Part shown: positions 30,835-39,952 of the stretch, one piece after another
Layout: each line of letters begins with the position of its first letter
Numbering within the stretch: position 1 is the first letter of the stretch
From: Candidatus Multivoradales bacterium
GTDB lineage: Bacteria > Acidobacteriota > Thermoanaerobaculia > Multivoradales > JAHEKO01
DNA: 64,000 nucleotides
Direction: 5' to 3'
NCBI GenBank assembly: GCA_965223855.1
Contig: CBDCXM010000009.1
Span: 768,001-832,000, forward strand
Position numbers and translations under genes: made by a program
Notes under the pieces: generated by a model
The model's input: the letters and a program-made list of their open reading frames with translations, nothing else
What the model was told of the DNA's origin: nothing
Database searches by the model: none

Positions 30835-32652
30835 CTAGTTGAGCGGGGCGGCATCCGGTGCCGCGCGCTCGGTGCCCAGCAGCTCCGGTCCCGGTGGGGC
30901 CGCCTGCTCCAGAGTGAGCGTCTGGTAGGAGGGGACGAAGGTCAGCGGTCGGCGCCCCAGGAAGGCCGGTTCGAACAGGTTGGTCAGCACCCGGCCGTCG
31001 AGGTCGCGCGCGATCGGCAGACCGAGGGCGTAGAGCACCGACGGGAGCAGATCGACCGCCCGCGCCTCCGGCAGACGCTCGCCGCTGCGAATCCCGGGAC
31101 CGCTGATGATGAGGGCGCCATCAGGCTGGCCTGAGCGCGTGCCTTCGAGCGCGGCGTCGCCGGCGAGCGCGAACATCCGCCCGAGCCCGCTGGGGGCGTC
31201 GAAGCCGTAGGGCGAGACGACGACCAGCAGCCGATTGGGGTTCGGGTGCTGTTCATCGAGAGCGGCGAGGAAGCGATCGACCTGACGGTAGTAGGCGCTC
31301 AGCAGCCGGGCCGCCTCCTGGCGAGCCGGGTCCTGGGCGCCCTCGAAGTGCACGCGCGCGAAGGCGCCGTAGTAGCGCTGCGACGCTTCGGCGATGCCCT
31401 CGAGTCGCAGGAACAGGGCGTCGACCTCCGAGCGCTGCTCGAGCAGGAACTCCAGCAGCGACTGGCGCCACAGGTCTTCCGCCAGCGCCTGCAGCAGCGG
31501 GAACGGCAGCGGCTCACCGGAGGCGACGAGCCGCTCGGGCGAGATCTCCTCGGGCGCGACGCGGAACAGCTGACCGCGCTCCGCGAGATCGTGAGGTCGG
31601 GCGTCCGCCGCGCCGCGATCGCCGGCGAAGTAGCGCTCCGAGAAGCCGAACGAGAGCGCCTCGTGCGGCGGGTGCGAGGCCGGCCAGCCGACGACCCCGG
31701 CCGGGATGTCGAGACGGCCGAGCATTTCCCACAGCGTCAGGTGCCGCCGATGACGGGCATCCGTCGGCTCCGGCTCGCCGCCGAAGAAGCCCCACCAGCG
31801 ATAGCCGAACGGCACCAGCCGCAGCGGGCCGGGGATGCCGAGAGCGGTGCGCGGGTAGACGCGCTCCCCCACCACCCGATGCCGGTAGGGGAAGTGGCCG
31901 GTAGCCACGGTCGTCCAGAGCGTGGCGTCGGTGATCGTCGGTGCGGTCCGCAGGCGGGCCGAAACGCCACGCTCCAGCAGACGGGAAAAGAACGGCAGCT
32001 CGCCCTGTTCGGCGAGCGGCAGCAAGGCGTCGAGCGTAGCGCCGTCGAGCCCGACGACCCACAGCTCCGGGCGGCTGCGGTAGACGGCGAACGACTCGAG
32101 AGGCGTCGCCGTCGTCGGTGGGTCGAACGCCGCCCGCCGCTCGATCATGATCCACAGCACTGCCACCGAAAGTACGGCGAAGAGCCAGCGGCTCCGCCAG
32201 CCGTAGCGCCTGCGGTCGAGGGTGTGGAGCCAGGCGGTCAGCGCCGCCACGAGGGCGAACACCGACAGGGTGACCGCAGCCTTGACCAGGCGCACGTTGA
32301 TCCCCGGCGGCAGGAACTGGGCGAAGCGATAGGCGTGGATCCAGGTGGCGGCCGCGGCGACGGCTAGCGTCGCGGTGAGAGCCCACGGCAGCACGGCGCG
32401 GGCGGCCTCGACGCGACCACGGGTGGCGGCCCAGAGGACGAGACCGGTCGCAGCGCCGAAGAGCGCGCCATAGAGCACCACCCCGCGCGCCAGGGCGGCG
32501 CCGGTCGGCTCCAGCTCCGGGTTGAGGAAGAAGAGCAACCCGGTGACGTACCCCCCGAGGAGCACTCCCGGGAGAGCGCCGAGGGCCAAGCTGATAACGT
32601 CCCGGCGCGCTGCCGGCGCGTCCGCGCGGTCCGCTGTCTCGTCCGTCATCAT
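30835..32652 (-). CDS. Membrane-anchored alkaline phosphatase/phosphodiesterase superfamily protein
   Basis: About 5 N-terminal TMs, then GLDGAT, LWTTVATG, VVSPYG, DLLPSVL, DLDGR. Confidence 0.75.
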   Translation of the reverse strand: MMTDETADRADAPAARRDVISLALGALPGVLLGGYVTGLLFFLNPELEPTGAALARGVVLYGALFGAATGLVLWAATRGRVEAARAVLPWALTATLAVAAAATWIHAYRFAQFLPPGINVRLVKAAVTLSVFALVAALTAWLHTLDRRRYGWRSRWLFAVLSVAVLWIMIERRAAFDPPTTATPLESFAVYRSRPELWVVGLDGATLDALLPLAEQGELPFFSRLLERGVSARLRTAPTITDATLWTTVATGHFPYRHRVVGERVYPRTALGIPGPLRLVPFGYRWWGFFGGEPEPTDARHRRHLTLWEMLGRLDIPAGVVGWPASHPPHEALSFGFSERYFAGDRGAADARPHDLAERGQLFRVAPEEISPERLVASGEPLPFPLLQALAEDLWRQSLLEFLLEQRSEVDALFLRLEGIAEASQRYYGAFARVHFEGAQDPARQEAARLLSAYYRQVDRFLAALDEQHPNPNRLLVVVSPYGFDAPSGLGRMFALAGDAALEGTRSGQPDGALIISGPGIRSGERLPEARAVDLLPSVLYALGLPIARDLDGRVLTNLFEPAFLGRRPLTFVPSYQTLTLEQAAPPGPELLGTERAAPDAAPLN

Positions 32653-32685
32653 CGCAGTCGGCGCGCCCGAGACGAGTCTACCCAA

Positions 32686-33747
32686 TTGCTCTATCCGCTC
32701 CTCAGGTCGGCGCTCTTCGGCCTCGAGGCCGAGCAGGCACACGACCTGGCGGTCTCCACCCTAGAGCGTGCTCAGAAGCTCGGCGTGGTGCGCCGGTCGC
32801 TGGCGCGCCGCTATGCGCACCCGCGGACCGAGCTCGCGATCGAAGTGTTGGGGCTCGACTTCACGAGTCCACTGGGAGTGGCCGCCGGCTTCGACAAGAA
32901 CGCCCGCCTGGTTCCGGCGCTGGCGGCTCTCGGCTTCGGCGCGGTGGAGGTCGGCACCGTCACCCCGCGGCCGCAGCCGGGCAATCCGAAACCGCGGCTG
33001 TGGCGCCATCCCCGGCACAGGAGCCTGCAGAACTGCCTCGGCTTCAACGGCCTCGGGATGGACGCCGTGGCCGATTCGATCGAGAGCCTCGAACGGCGGC
33101 CGCTGCCGATCGGTATCAATCTGGGCAAGAACAAGGACACCCCGCAGGAGCGCGCCGGCGAAGACTATGAACGGCTGCTCGAGCGTTTCGCACCGCTGGC
33201 CGACTACTTCGTCCTCAACCTCTCCTCCCCCAACACGCCGCAGCTGCGCGACCTCCAGGTTCCGGAGTTCGTCGCCCGGCTGCTGAGGCGCGCAGCCGAG
33301 CTCGCCCAGGTCCCGGTGCTCGTCAAGATCGCCCCGGACCTTCCCGATCGTGCTGCGGTCGAGCTCGCCGTGTCGGCGGTCGAGGCGGGGGCCGCCGGCG
33401 TGATCGCCACCAACACCACCATCGACTACTCGCTCGTTCCCGGCGCCAGGCCGATCGGCGGTCTGAGCGGCGGGGTGCTCAGGGAACGGAGCTTCGAGCT
33501 GCTGTGCGAGCTGGCGGCGGAGCTCGGCGATCGAGCCGTACTGGTGAGTGTCGGCGGCATCGACAGCGCGGCGGAGGCTTACCGGCGTATCCGCGCCGGG
33601 GCGACCCTGGTGCAGTTGTACACTGCGATGGTGTTCGAAGGTCCCGGCGTGGCGCGCAGGATCAACGACGGTCTCGTCGAGCTGCTGGCGGCCGACGGTC
33701 TGACCTCGGTGAGCGACGCGGTGGGGGTGGAGCGGCGGCGACGATGA
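32686..33747 (+). CDS. pyrD: Quinone-dependent dihydroorotate dehydrogenase
   Basis: AAGFDKN, GTVTPRPQPGNPKPR, NLSSPNT, KIAPD, TNTT, GGLSG, LVQLYT. Confidence 0.96.
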   Translation: MLYPLLRSALFGLEAEQAHDLAVSTLERAQKLGVVRRSLARRYAHPRTELAIEVLGLDFTSPLGVAAGFDKNARLVPALAALGFGAVEVGTVTPRPQPGNPKPRLWRHPRHRSLQNCLGFNGLGMDAVADSIESLERRPLPIGINLGKNKDTPQERAGEDYERLLERFAPLADYFVLNLSSPNTPQLRDLQVPEFVARLLRRAAELAQVPVLVKIAPDLPDRAAVELAVSAVEAGAAGVIATNTTIDYSLVPGARPIGGLSGGVLRERSFELLCELAAELGDRAVLVSVGGIDSAAEAYRRIRAGATLVQLYTAMVFEGPGVARRINDGLVELLAADGLTSVSDAVGVERRRR

Positions 33748-34433
33748 GTCTCGATCGACTGGCGGTCGCTCTCGATACCTCGTCGCGCGACGAGTTCAGT
33801 CTCTGGTGCGAGACCTTCGGCCCGCAGGTCGGGGTGCTCAAGGTCGGGCTCGAGGCCTACACCCGCTGGGGCCCGGAGGTGGTGGCTGAAGCGCGACGCC
33901 ACGGCGCCGCGGTCTTTCTCGATCTCAAGCTGCACGACATCCCGAACACGGTCGCCGGCGCGGTGGCGGCCGCCGCCGACCTCGGGGTGCGTTACCTGAC
34001 GATCCATGCGAGCGGCGGACCGGCGATGCTCGAGGCCGCCGCCGCTGCCGCCGCCGATCGGGTGCGGCTCCTGGCGGTCACCCTCCTGACCCATCTCGAT
34101 ACCGACGCCCTCGAGCAACTCGGCTACCCGGGGAGCTCCGCCGGGCGCGCCCGGCGATGGGCGTCGATGGCGGCTGCGGCCGGCTGCCACGGCGCCGTAT
34201 GCTCGGCGCTCGAGGTGGCGCGGTTGCGCTCGAACCTGGCGGCGCCGTTCGAGCTCGTCACCCCCGGGATTCGGCTGGCACCGGTGGCGAACGACGATCA
34301 GGCGCGGGTCGCCGGTCCTCGCGAGGCGCTCGACGCCGGGGCCGACCTGCTGGTGGTCGGGCGGCCGCTCACACAGGCCGCGAACCCCGGGCTCGAGCTC
34401 GAGCGTTGGCGGCAGGCGTTGGGAGCGGGCTGA
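33744..34433 (+). CDS. pyrF: Orotidine-5'-phosphate decarboxylase
   Basis: VALD, KVG, DLKLHDIPNTV, VTPGIR, DDQAR, VVGRP. Confidence 0.96.
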   Translation: MSLDRLAVALDTSSRDEFSLWCETFGPQVGVLKVGLEAYTRWGPEVVAEARRHGAAVFLDLKLHDIPNTVAGAVAAAADLGVRYLTIHASGGPAMLEAAAAAAADRVRLLAVTLLTHLDTDALEQLGYPGSSAGRARRWASMAAAAGCHGAVCSALEVARLRSNLAAPFELVTPGIRLAPVANDDQARVAGPREALDAGADLLVVGRPLTQAANPGLELERWRQALGAG

Positions 34434-34445
34434 CGAGCTGCCCGC

Positions 34446-34817
34446 TCAGATGATGAAGATAGGTCGATCGACCTGGTGGTCGAACTTCCACATGTAGGTG
34501 TGGACGACCAGATCGACCGGCACCACATAGGTGCAGCGCATCCGGATTCTGCCGCCGCTGAGTCTCACCGACACGTCTTCCTTGGTCACCGGGAGGCCGA
34601 GCTCATCGGCCTTGTCGAGAATCGCCTTCTTGATGCGGTCGGCGTTGGCCCGCCTACCGGCGAACTTCGCCTGCTCGAGCATGAAGTCCTTGAGCTCCGC
34701 GCTCTGGACCTTGACGGGCACGATCTTGATGACGATCAGTACGGCGATGCCGAGGATCACGGCCCACAGGGCACATCCGGCGATGCCCTCACCGGCCTGA
34801 CGTTGTCTGAATCGCAT
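34446..34817 (-). CDS. Small membrane-anchored protein (DUF4845-like) downstream of lepB
   Basis: Pilin-like N-terminus RQRQAG|EG plus a TM segment; position downstream of lepB is typical. Confidence 0.55.
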   Translation of the reverse strand: MRFRQRQAGEGIAGCALWAVILGIAVLIVIKIVPVKVQSAELKDFMLEQAKFAGRRANADRIKKAILDKADELGLPVTKEDVSVRLSGGRIRMRCTYVVPVDLVVHTYMWKFDHQVDRPIFII

Positions 34818-34862
34818 GCTCTCGTCCTTTCCTTCGAGCGGGGCTGGCTATGCTAGCAGCGT

Positions 34863-35588
34863 TCAGCGCACCGGCAGCAGGGTCCGCTCCCATCGGGTGC
34901 GGCTGAAGAAACCGCGCGCGACGGTGGCGAGCTGTTCGAACTTGGCGCGGTAGCCCTGCCACTCGATGTTCCCCTCACCGTGGTCGAAGGACCAGTAGAC
35001 GAGCAGCGCCCGCCCCTTGACGAAGTGCGCCGGCACCGTTCCCCACGCGCGGGAATCGTTGGAGTTGTCCCGGTTGTCGCCCATGACGAAGAAGTGCCCC
35101 TCCGGCACCGTGTACGGGCCGTAGTTGTCGCGCAGCCGGAAGGCGTCGCTCACGAACAGTGATTCGCGACGGGTGTAGGTGCGCGGGTCGGCGAAGTAGA
35201 CGTAGGCGCTCTCCTCGAGACGGCGACCGTTGACCCACACCTGCTTGTCGATCAGCTCGATGCGATCGCCCGGCAGGGCGATGCATCTCTTGATGAAGTC
35301 GCGCTCCGGTTCGTCGGGAAACTTGAAGACGACCACGTCTCCACGTTGCGGCGATCGCACCGGCAGCAGGCGACGCTCCCACTCCCCGCTCGTCGGCGCG
35401 TAGGCGAACTTGTTGACGAGGATGTGATCGCCGATCAGCAGGTTCTGCTCCATCGAGCCGCTGGGGATCTTGAACGCCTGAACGACGAAGGTCTTGGCGA
35501 AGAACGCCAGCAGCATCGCGATCAGCAACGCCTCGATGTTGTCTCGGAGCGGGCTGCGGCCGGGCTGAGCTGCGTGAGCTGTCGTCAA
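34863..35588 (-). CDS. lepB: Signal peptidase I
   Basis: IPSGSM, GDHILVNK, RGDVVVF, FIKRCI, MGDNRDNSNDSR, GRA. Confidence 0.95.
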   Translation of the reverse strand: MTTAHAAQPGRSPLRDNIEALLIAMLLAFFAKTFVVQAFKIPSGSMEQNLLIGDHILVNKFAYAPTSGEWERRLLPVRSPQRGDVVVFKFPDEPERDFIKRCIALPGDRIELIDKQVWVNGRRLEESAYVYFADPRTYTRRESLFVSDAFRLRDNYGPYTVPEGHFFVMGDNRDNSNDSRAWGTVPAHFVKGRALLVYWSFDHGEGNIEWQGYRAKFEQLATVARGFFSRTRWERTLLPVR

Positions 35589-35598
35589 CGCCTCACCG

Positions 35599-36363
35599 TC
35601 AGCGCACGAGCGTGAAGGTGCGCTCCCACCGGGTGCGCGTGAAGAAGCCGACCACGGTGCGCGCGAAGAGCTTCAGGCGGTGCCCCCAACCCCGCCACAC
35701 GCCGTCGGAAGTGTCGCCGCCGTAGGACCAGTAGATGAGGAAGGCCCGGCCCTTGACGAGATTGCGGGGCACCGGGCCCCAACTGCGCGAGTCGCGCGAA
35801 TTGTCCCGGTTGTCGCCCATGCAGAAGTAGTGATCGTCCGGCACGGTGAACGGGCCGAAGTTGTCGCTCGGCTCCCCGACCCACGGTCTCGTGTGCTGGG
35901 TGTAGCTCGAATCCTCCACCCACTCTCCGTTGATGTAGAGATCCTTGGAGGCGACTTCGATCACGTCACCCGGCAGGCCGATGCAGCGTTTCACCATGTC
36001 CTGGGTCGGCGTCTTGGGGTTGCGGAAGATGACGACGTCACCACGCCTGACGTCGCGGCCCGGCAGACCGGCCGCCGTCTCGCTCCCCCAGCCGTAGATG
36101 TAGCGATTGACGAACAGGTGGTCGCCGATCAGGAGCGTCTCCTCCATCGACGCACTGGGGATGTAGAAGGTCTTGACGACGAAGGTGTTGGAGAACCCGA
36201 GGAAGGCGCCGGCGATCAGGAGTGCCTCGAAATACTCGCGCAGCGTCGAGGTCGATCGCCCGCTGCCGGTCGCTCCTGCTTCCTCCGGGGCGTCGCGGCC
36301 GTCGTGACGCCGCTTGCGCTCACCGCCCTCGCCTCCCCCTCTGCTGTTCTTCCGGCGGCTCAT
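35599..36363 (-). CDS. lepB: Signal peptidase I (second tandem paralog)
   Basis: IPSASM, GDHLFVN, RGDVVIF, VKRCI, MGDNRDNSRDSR. Confidence 0.95.
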   Translation of the reverse strand: MSRRKNSRGGGEGGERKRRHDGRDAPEEAGATGSGRSTSTLREYFEALLIAGAFLGFSNTFVVKTFYIPSASMEETLLIGDHLFVNRYIYGWGSETAAGLPGRDVRRGDVVIFRNPKTPTQDMVKRCIGLPGDVIEVASKDLYINGEWVEDSSYTQHTRPWVGEPSDNFGPFTVPDDHYFCMGDNRDNSRDSRSWGPVPRNLVKGRAFLIYWSYGGDTSDGVWRGWGHRLKLFARTVVGFFTRTRWERTFTLVR

Positions 36364-36797
36364 CGGCCGCCTAATCTAGCAGTTCGCCCGTCCGGGCCCC
36401 GGCCTGTCCAGCGATCTTGCGCGCGTCCAGTTCGCTGGACACGAGAGCCCGGCCTCCCCGATCGGGAAGCCGACGCCGTCGTCGCCTGGTAGCTGAGCCT
36501 CGAGCTCGTGGCGCGACCGCGACCACGCTGCCAGATCGCTGGACGGCCCGATATGGCTCCTGGTCGACGAAATCCTCGTAAGCGACGTTTTTTCAATGGT
36601 TTATGAGCCGACCCCCGGATGGCTTGGAGCTTGATCTGTCACTGCGGCGAAGCCAGATCAAGGACCGGAGAAAGGAGGTCGCACAGACCCACTGCCACCG
36701 CAAACGCGACAGACACGGGCTGTGCCGGCGCCCGCCCTCGACAGAGGTAAAGCCGGCAATCGAAGAACCGAATCTCACCATCACCAAGGAGACACAC

Positions 36798-37130
36798 ATG
36801 TTTCGCATTCACAAGACCCTCACCGCCATCGCCTTCCTGCTCGTGCTCGCCGCCCTGCCGGCGCTCGCCGCTCAGGGGGTGGTCAACATCAACACCGCCG
36901 ATGTCGACGAGCTGGCGCTTCTGCCGCGCGTCGGCGAGACCGTCGCCCAGCGGATCGTCGACTTCCGCGAGGAGAACGGCAGCTTCAAGGCGCCCGAGGA
37001 CCTGCTGCTGGTCAAGGGCATCGGCGACCGGACCTTCGAGCTCATGGAGCCGCACGTCACCGTGACGGGCGAGACCACCCTCGGGGAGAAGGTGCGCATC
37101 GCCTCTCAGGCCGACGGTGGCGAGGAGTAG
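36798..37130 (+). CDS. comEA: ComEA-family helix-hairpin-helix DNA-binding protein
   Basis: Signal peptide, VNINTA, LPRVG, IVDFREENG.F, LLLVKGIG. AAGGAG RBS before ATG 36798. Confidence 0.9.
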   Translation: MFRIHKTLTAIAFLLVLAALPALAAQGVVNINTADVDELALLPRVGETVAQRIVDFREENGSFKAPEDLLLVKGIGDRTFELMEPHVTVTGETTLGEKVRIASQADGGEE

Positions 37131-37773
37131 CGGTCCGATCGACCGCGGGCGGGGCGTCTCGGCGCCCCGCCCTCTTCGGCACGGTCGCGGCTTCCAGCTC
37201 GTGCAGCTCGTCGTGGCGCTGGCGATCGTCGGCTCGACGGCGGCGGTGGCGATTCCGCCGGTGCTGCGCTGGTCGAGTGCGTTGAGGGTGAGAATGGCGG
37301 CCGCCGAGTTCGTCGGTGTGCTGCGCAAGGCACGGATCCTCGCCGTCTCGACGCGCTCGAACGTCGGCGTCAAGTTCTGGCCGGTCGAGCAAGGCCGGGT
37401 CGCCTTCGCACTCCACCGGGACGGCGACGGCGACGGGGTCAGGACTGCCGACATTCGCTCGGGGGTCGATCCGGCGATCGGACCGCCGATGCAGCTGCAG
37501 CACGTCGGCGCTCACGTGCGCCTCGGCTTTCCGCCCGGTCCGGCGCCGCGCGACCCGGCGCGGCCGAGCCGTCGTCTTGATCGGCTCGACGACCCGATCC
37601 GCTTCAACCGCTCCGACATCGCGTCGTTCAACCCGTTCGGTGAGTCGACCCCGGGGTCGCTCTACCTGACGGACGGCGTTCGGGCCCTGGCGGTGGTGAG
37701 GCTCTTCGGCGGCACCGGCAAGGTCAAGGTTCTGGTCTACGACCCGGCCCGGGAAAGCTGGCACCCCGACTGA
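37117..37773 (+). CDS. GspH/FimT-like prepilin
   Basis: Class III signal RG|FQLVQLVVALAIV, amphipathic helix ending LRKARILAV, SFNPFGESTPGSLYL. Confidence 0.75.
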   Translation: MARSSGPIDRGRGVSAPRPLRHGRGFQLVQLVVALAIVGSTAAVAIPPVLRWSSALRVRMAAAEFVGVLRKARILAVSTRSNVGVKFWPVEQGRVAFALHRDGDGDGVRTADIRSGVDPAIGPPMQLQHVGAHVRLGFPPGPAPRDPARPSRRLDRLDDPIRFNRSDIASFNPFGESTPGSLYLTDGVRALAVVRLFGGTGKVKVLVYDPARESWHPD

Positions 37774-37816
37774 GCGTCTTGCGGCGGGAGGCGCGGTTCT
37801 GAGAGAGTTCCCGGCC

Positions 37817-38167
37817 GTGGGTTATCTCGTCGTCGTCACCAGCGTCGGGTGCGAAGAGCAGGCGAACCTGGTCGCGGACCAGCTCGTCGTGCGCCGCCAC
37901 GCCGCGTGCGTCAACATCGTCAAGGTGCAGCGTTCGGTCTACCGCTGGCAGGGCAAGGTGTTCGACGACGACGAGTTCCTGCTGATCGCCAAGACGACGG
38001 ACGAGGAGTACGAGGCGATCGAAGAGGCGATCCGAGAGCTGTCGACCTACGACCTGCCCGAGATCCTGGCGTTCCAGGTTTCGCGCGGCGAGGCGAAGTT
38101 CCTCGAGTGGATCGCTTCCGGCCTCGACAAGGGCGCCGACTACAGCGACGACATCGAACCGCGCTGA
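37817..38167 (+). CDS. cutA: Divalent-cation tolerance protein CutA
   Basis: AACVNI, SVYRWQG, KT, YDLPEI. Confidence 0.92.
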   Translation: MGYLVVVTSVGCEEQANLVADQLVVRRHAACVNIVKVQRSVYRWQGKVFDDDEFLLIAKTTDEEYEAIEEAIRELSTYDLPEILAFQVSRGEAKFLEWIASGLDKGADYSDDIEPR

Positions 38168-39876
38168 GCCTGGCCTGGATGGGGTGCTGGCTCAGGCTCG
38201 CGGAGCGCGAGCCAGGCGAGGAGCGCCGAGAGGTTGTGCTGCACGTGGTCGATGCGGATCGCCCTCCGGTGGTGCTGCCAGCGGAAGCCGCCGAGCCAGG
38301 ACTGGGGATCGGTGCGCAGGATCGCGGTCGCGGGACGTTCCTGGAGTAGCAACTGGTGGGCCACCCCGAGGTCGAGCGCCGACTCGAGAGCGGTCGTCTC
38401 TTCGCCGGCTCGACGGAGCAGGCGGATCGCCGCTGCCAGGCCCTCGAGGCGAGCCGCGCGTGCGGCCGGGGGGTCGCCGAAGCTGCCGACCGCCCAACGC
38501 GGGTCGACGTTCTGCGCCGAGACGATCTCGGCGCCCAGTCGGGCGGCACGACGGGCGAGTTCGAGCGAAGGTCGGTGCCGGTGAAGGCGGTCGATGGCGA
38601 TCAGCTCCCAGTGGTTCGGGGGCCCGGACGGCGACGGGTGTTCACGCAGCCATCGCGCCGCCTCGGCCGCCGCGACGAGGAGCTCCGACTCTGCGCTTCG
38701 TTCCGCCGCCACGACGAGGGCGAGGACGGCCTGGGCGGAGTAGTAGTTCGAGGCCGTCGCCAGGACGCTGCCCCCGGGCCATGTCTGGATGTGGATGGCG
38801 AAGCGACCGGCCGGCGTCTGAACCGCGCGAATCCACTCGAGCAGGGCGTCCGCCTCCCCGGCCCACCGGTCGTCGCCGGTCAGCGTCGAGTACTCGAGCA
38901 GGACGAGGGCGGCGAGGGCCTGACCGCCGAGCTTGACCTCGCCCCTCTCGATCACGCAGCGGTATGTTTCCGGCCCGAGCCGGCAGTCGCGGATTTGCCT
39001 GACGAGGAAGTCGAGCCCCCTCTCGACGGCCGCTCGAAGAGCAGCGTCGGGGGCGTGCTCGAGGAGCTCGATCATCGACCACAGTGCGCCTGAGTGCCGC
39101 AGGATGTTGTAGTCGTCGGGCGACCGGGACGGCAGCAGATAGCGGAAGCGGCCGCTCTCCCCCACGGCACGCTCGAGGAAGGCTCCCGCCCCGACCGCCG
39201 CGTCCCACGCGTCGGCGCGATCCACGGGCGGTGGTGCGCCACCGGGATCGACGGAGATCTCGTCACCGTCCGAGAACGCCCAGGCGGTGCGGAAGCGCAG
39301 GAGCGTCTCCTCCTGCCCGTGCTCGATCCTCTGCGGGTCGATGATCCGATCTGCGGCCTCCGCGAGCGTCGCCGCCTCGAGTGGCAGCCAGGCGGAGCCG
39401 CCCACCGCTGAACGAGGCGCCACCGCGAGACCGTGCACGCCGGCGAGGGTCGCGGAGGTGGCATCGTCGACGGTCTCGACGGCGAACGGCACATCGATCC
39501 GCCACCAGCGAGCCGTGAACGCTTCCGGCAACCGCAGGCGGAGCGAGGCGTCGGAGGCGGCCGAGTCGAGATCGACTCCCGAGCCCCAGGCGGTGATTCC
39601 CTTGGCGTTCCCGTCCGACACCGTCACTGCGACGATCGCCGCTCCGTCATCGATCGATGAGTCGTCTGCCGGCGGCGCGAGCGTGCCCCGGGACACGCGC
39701 GTCAGAAGCTCCACCAGCATCGAGCGATCGGGTGGCTCGGTGGCGATCACTCGCGACCACGGGAGCCGGACCGAGAGCTTCTCGTCGGCGCAGGCCGCTT
39801 GCGGTTCGAACAGCAGTCCGAAGAGCAGTCCGGCGCAGACGACCGCGAGCGAGGCGGTGACGCGCTGGGCTCTCAT
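38140..39876 (-). CDS. Secreted hypothetical protein with a probable alpha/alpha-toroid C-terminal domain
   Basis: Signal-like N-terminus; YNILRHSG, KLGGQAL, NYYSAQA, RIDHVQH motifs and helical repeats. Confidence 0.5.
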   Translation of the reverse strand: MRAQRVTASLAVVCAGLLFGLLFEPQAACADEKLSVRLPWSRVIATEPPDRSMLVELLTRVSRGTLAPPADDSSIDDGAAIVAVTVSDGNAKGITAWGSGVDLDSAASDASLRLRLPEAFTARWWRIDVPFAVETVDDATSATLAGVHGLAVAPRSAVGGSAWLPLEAATLAEAADRIIDPQRIEHGQEETLLRFRTAWAFSDGDEISVDPGGAPPPVDRADAWDAAVGAGAFLERAVGESGRFRYLLPSRSPDDYNILRHSGALWSMIELLEHAPDAALRAAVERGLDFLVRQIRDCRLGPETYRCVIERGEVKLGGQALAALVLLEYSTLTGDDRWAGEADALLEWIRAVQTPAGRFAIHIQTWPGGSVLATASNYYSAQAVLALVVAAERSAESELLVAAAEAARWLREHPSPSGPPNHWELIAIDRLHRHRPSLELARRAARLGAEIVSAQNVDPRWAVGSFGDPPAARAARLEGLAAAIRLLRRAGEETTALESALDLGVAHQLLLQERPATAILRTDPQSWLGGFRWQHHRRAIRIDHVQHNLSALLAWLALREPEPAPHPGQAQRGSMSSL

Positions 39877-39952
39877 GCTCCGCTGTCCCTCGTTGGGGGC
39901 GCCGTCCGACCGGCGGGCCGGGGTTGGCCCTGCCGGTCGAACGGACGCGGGC

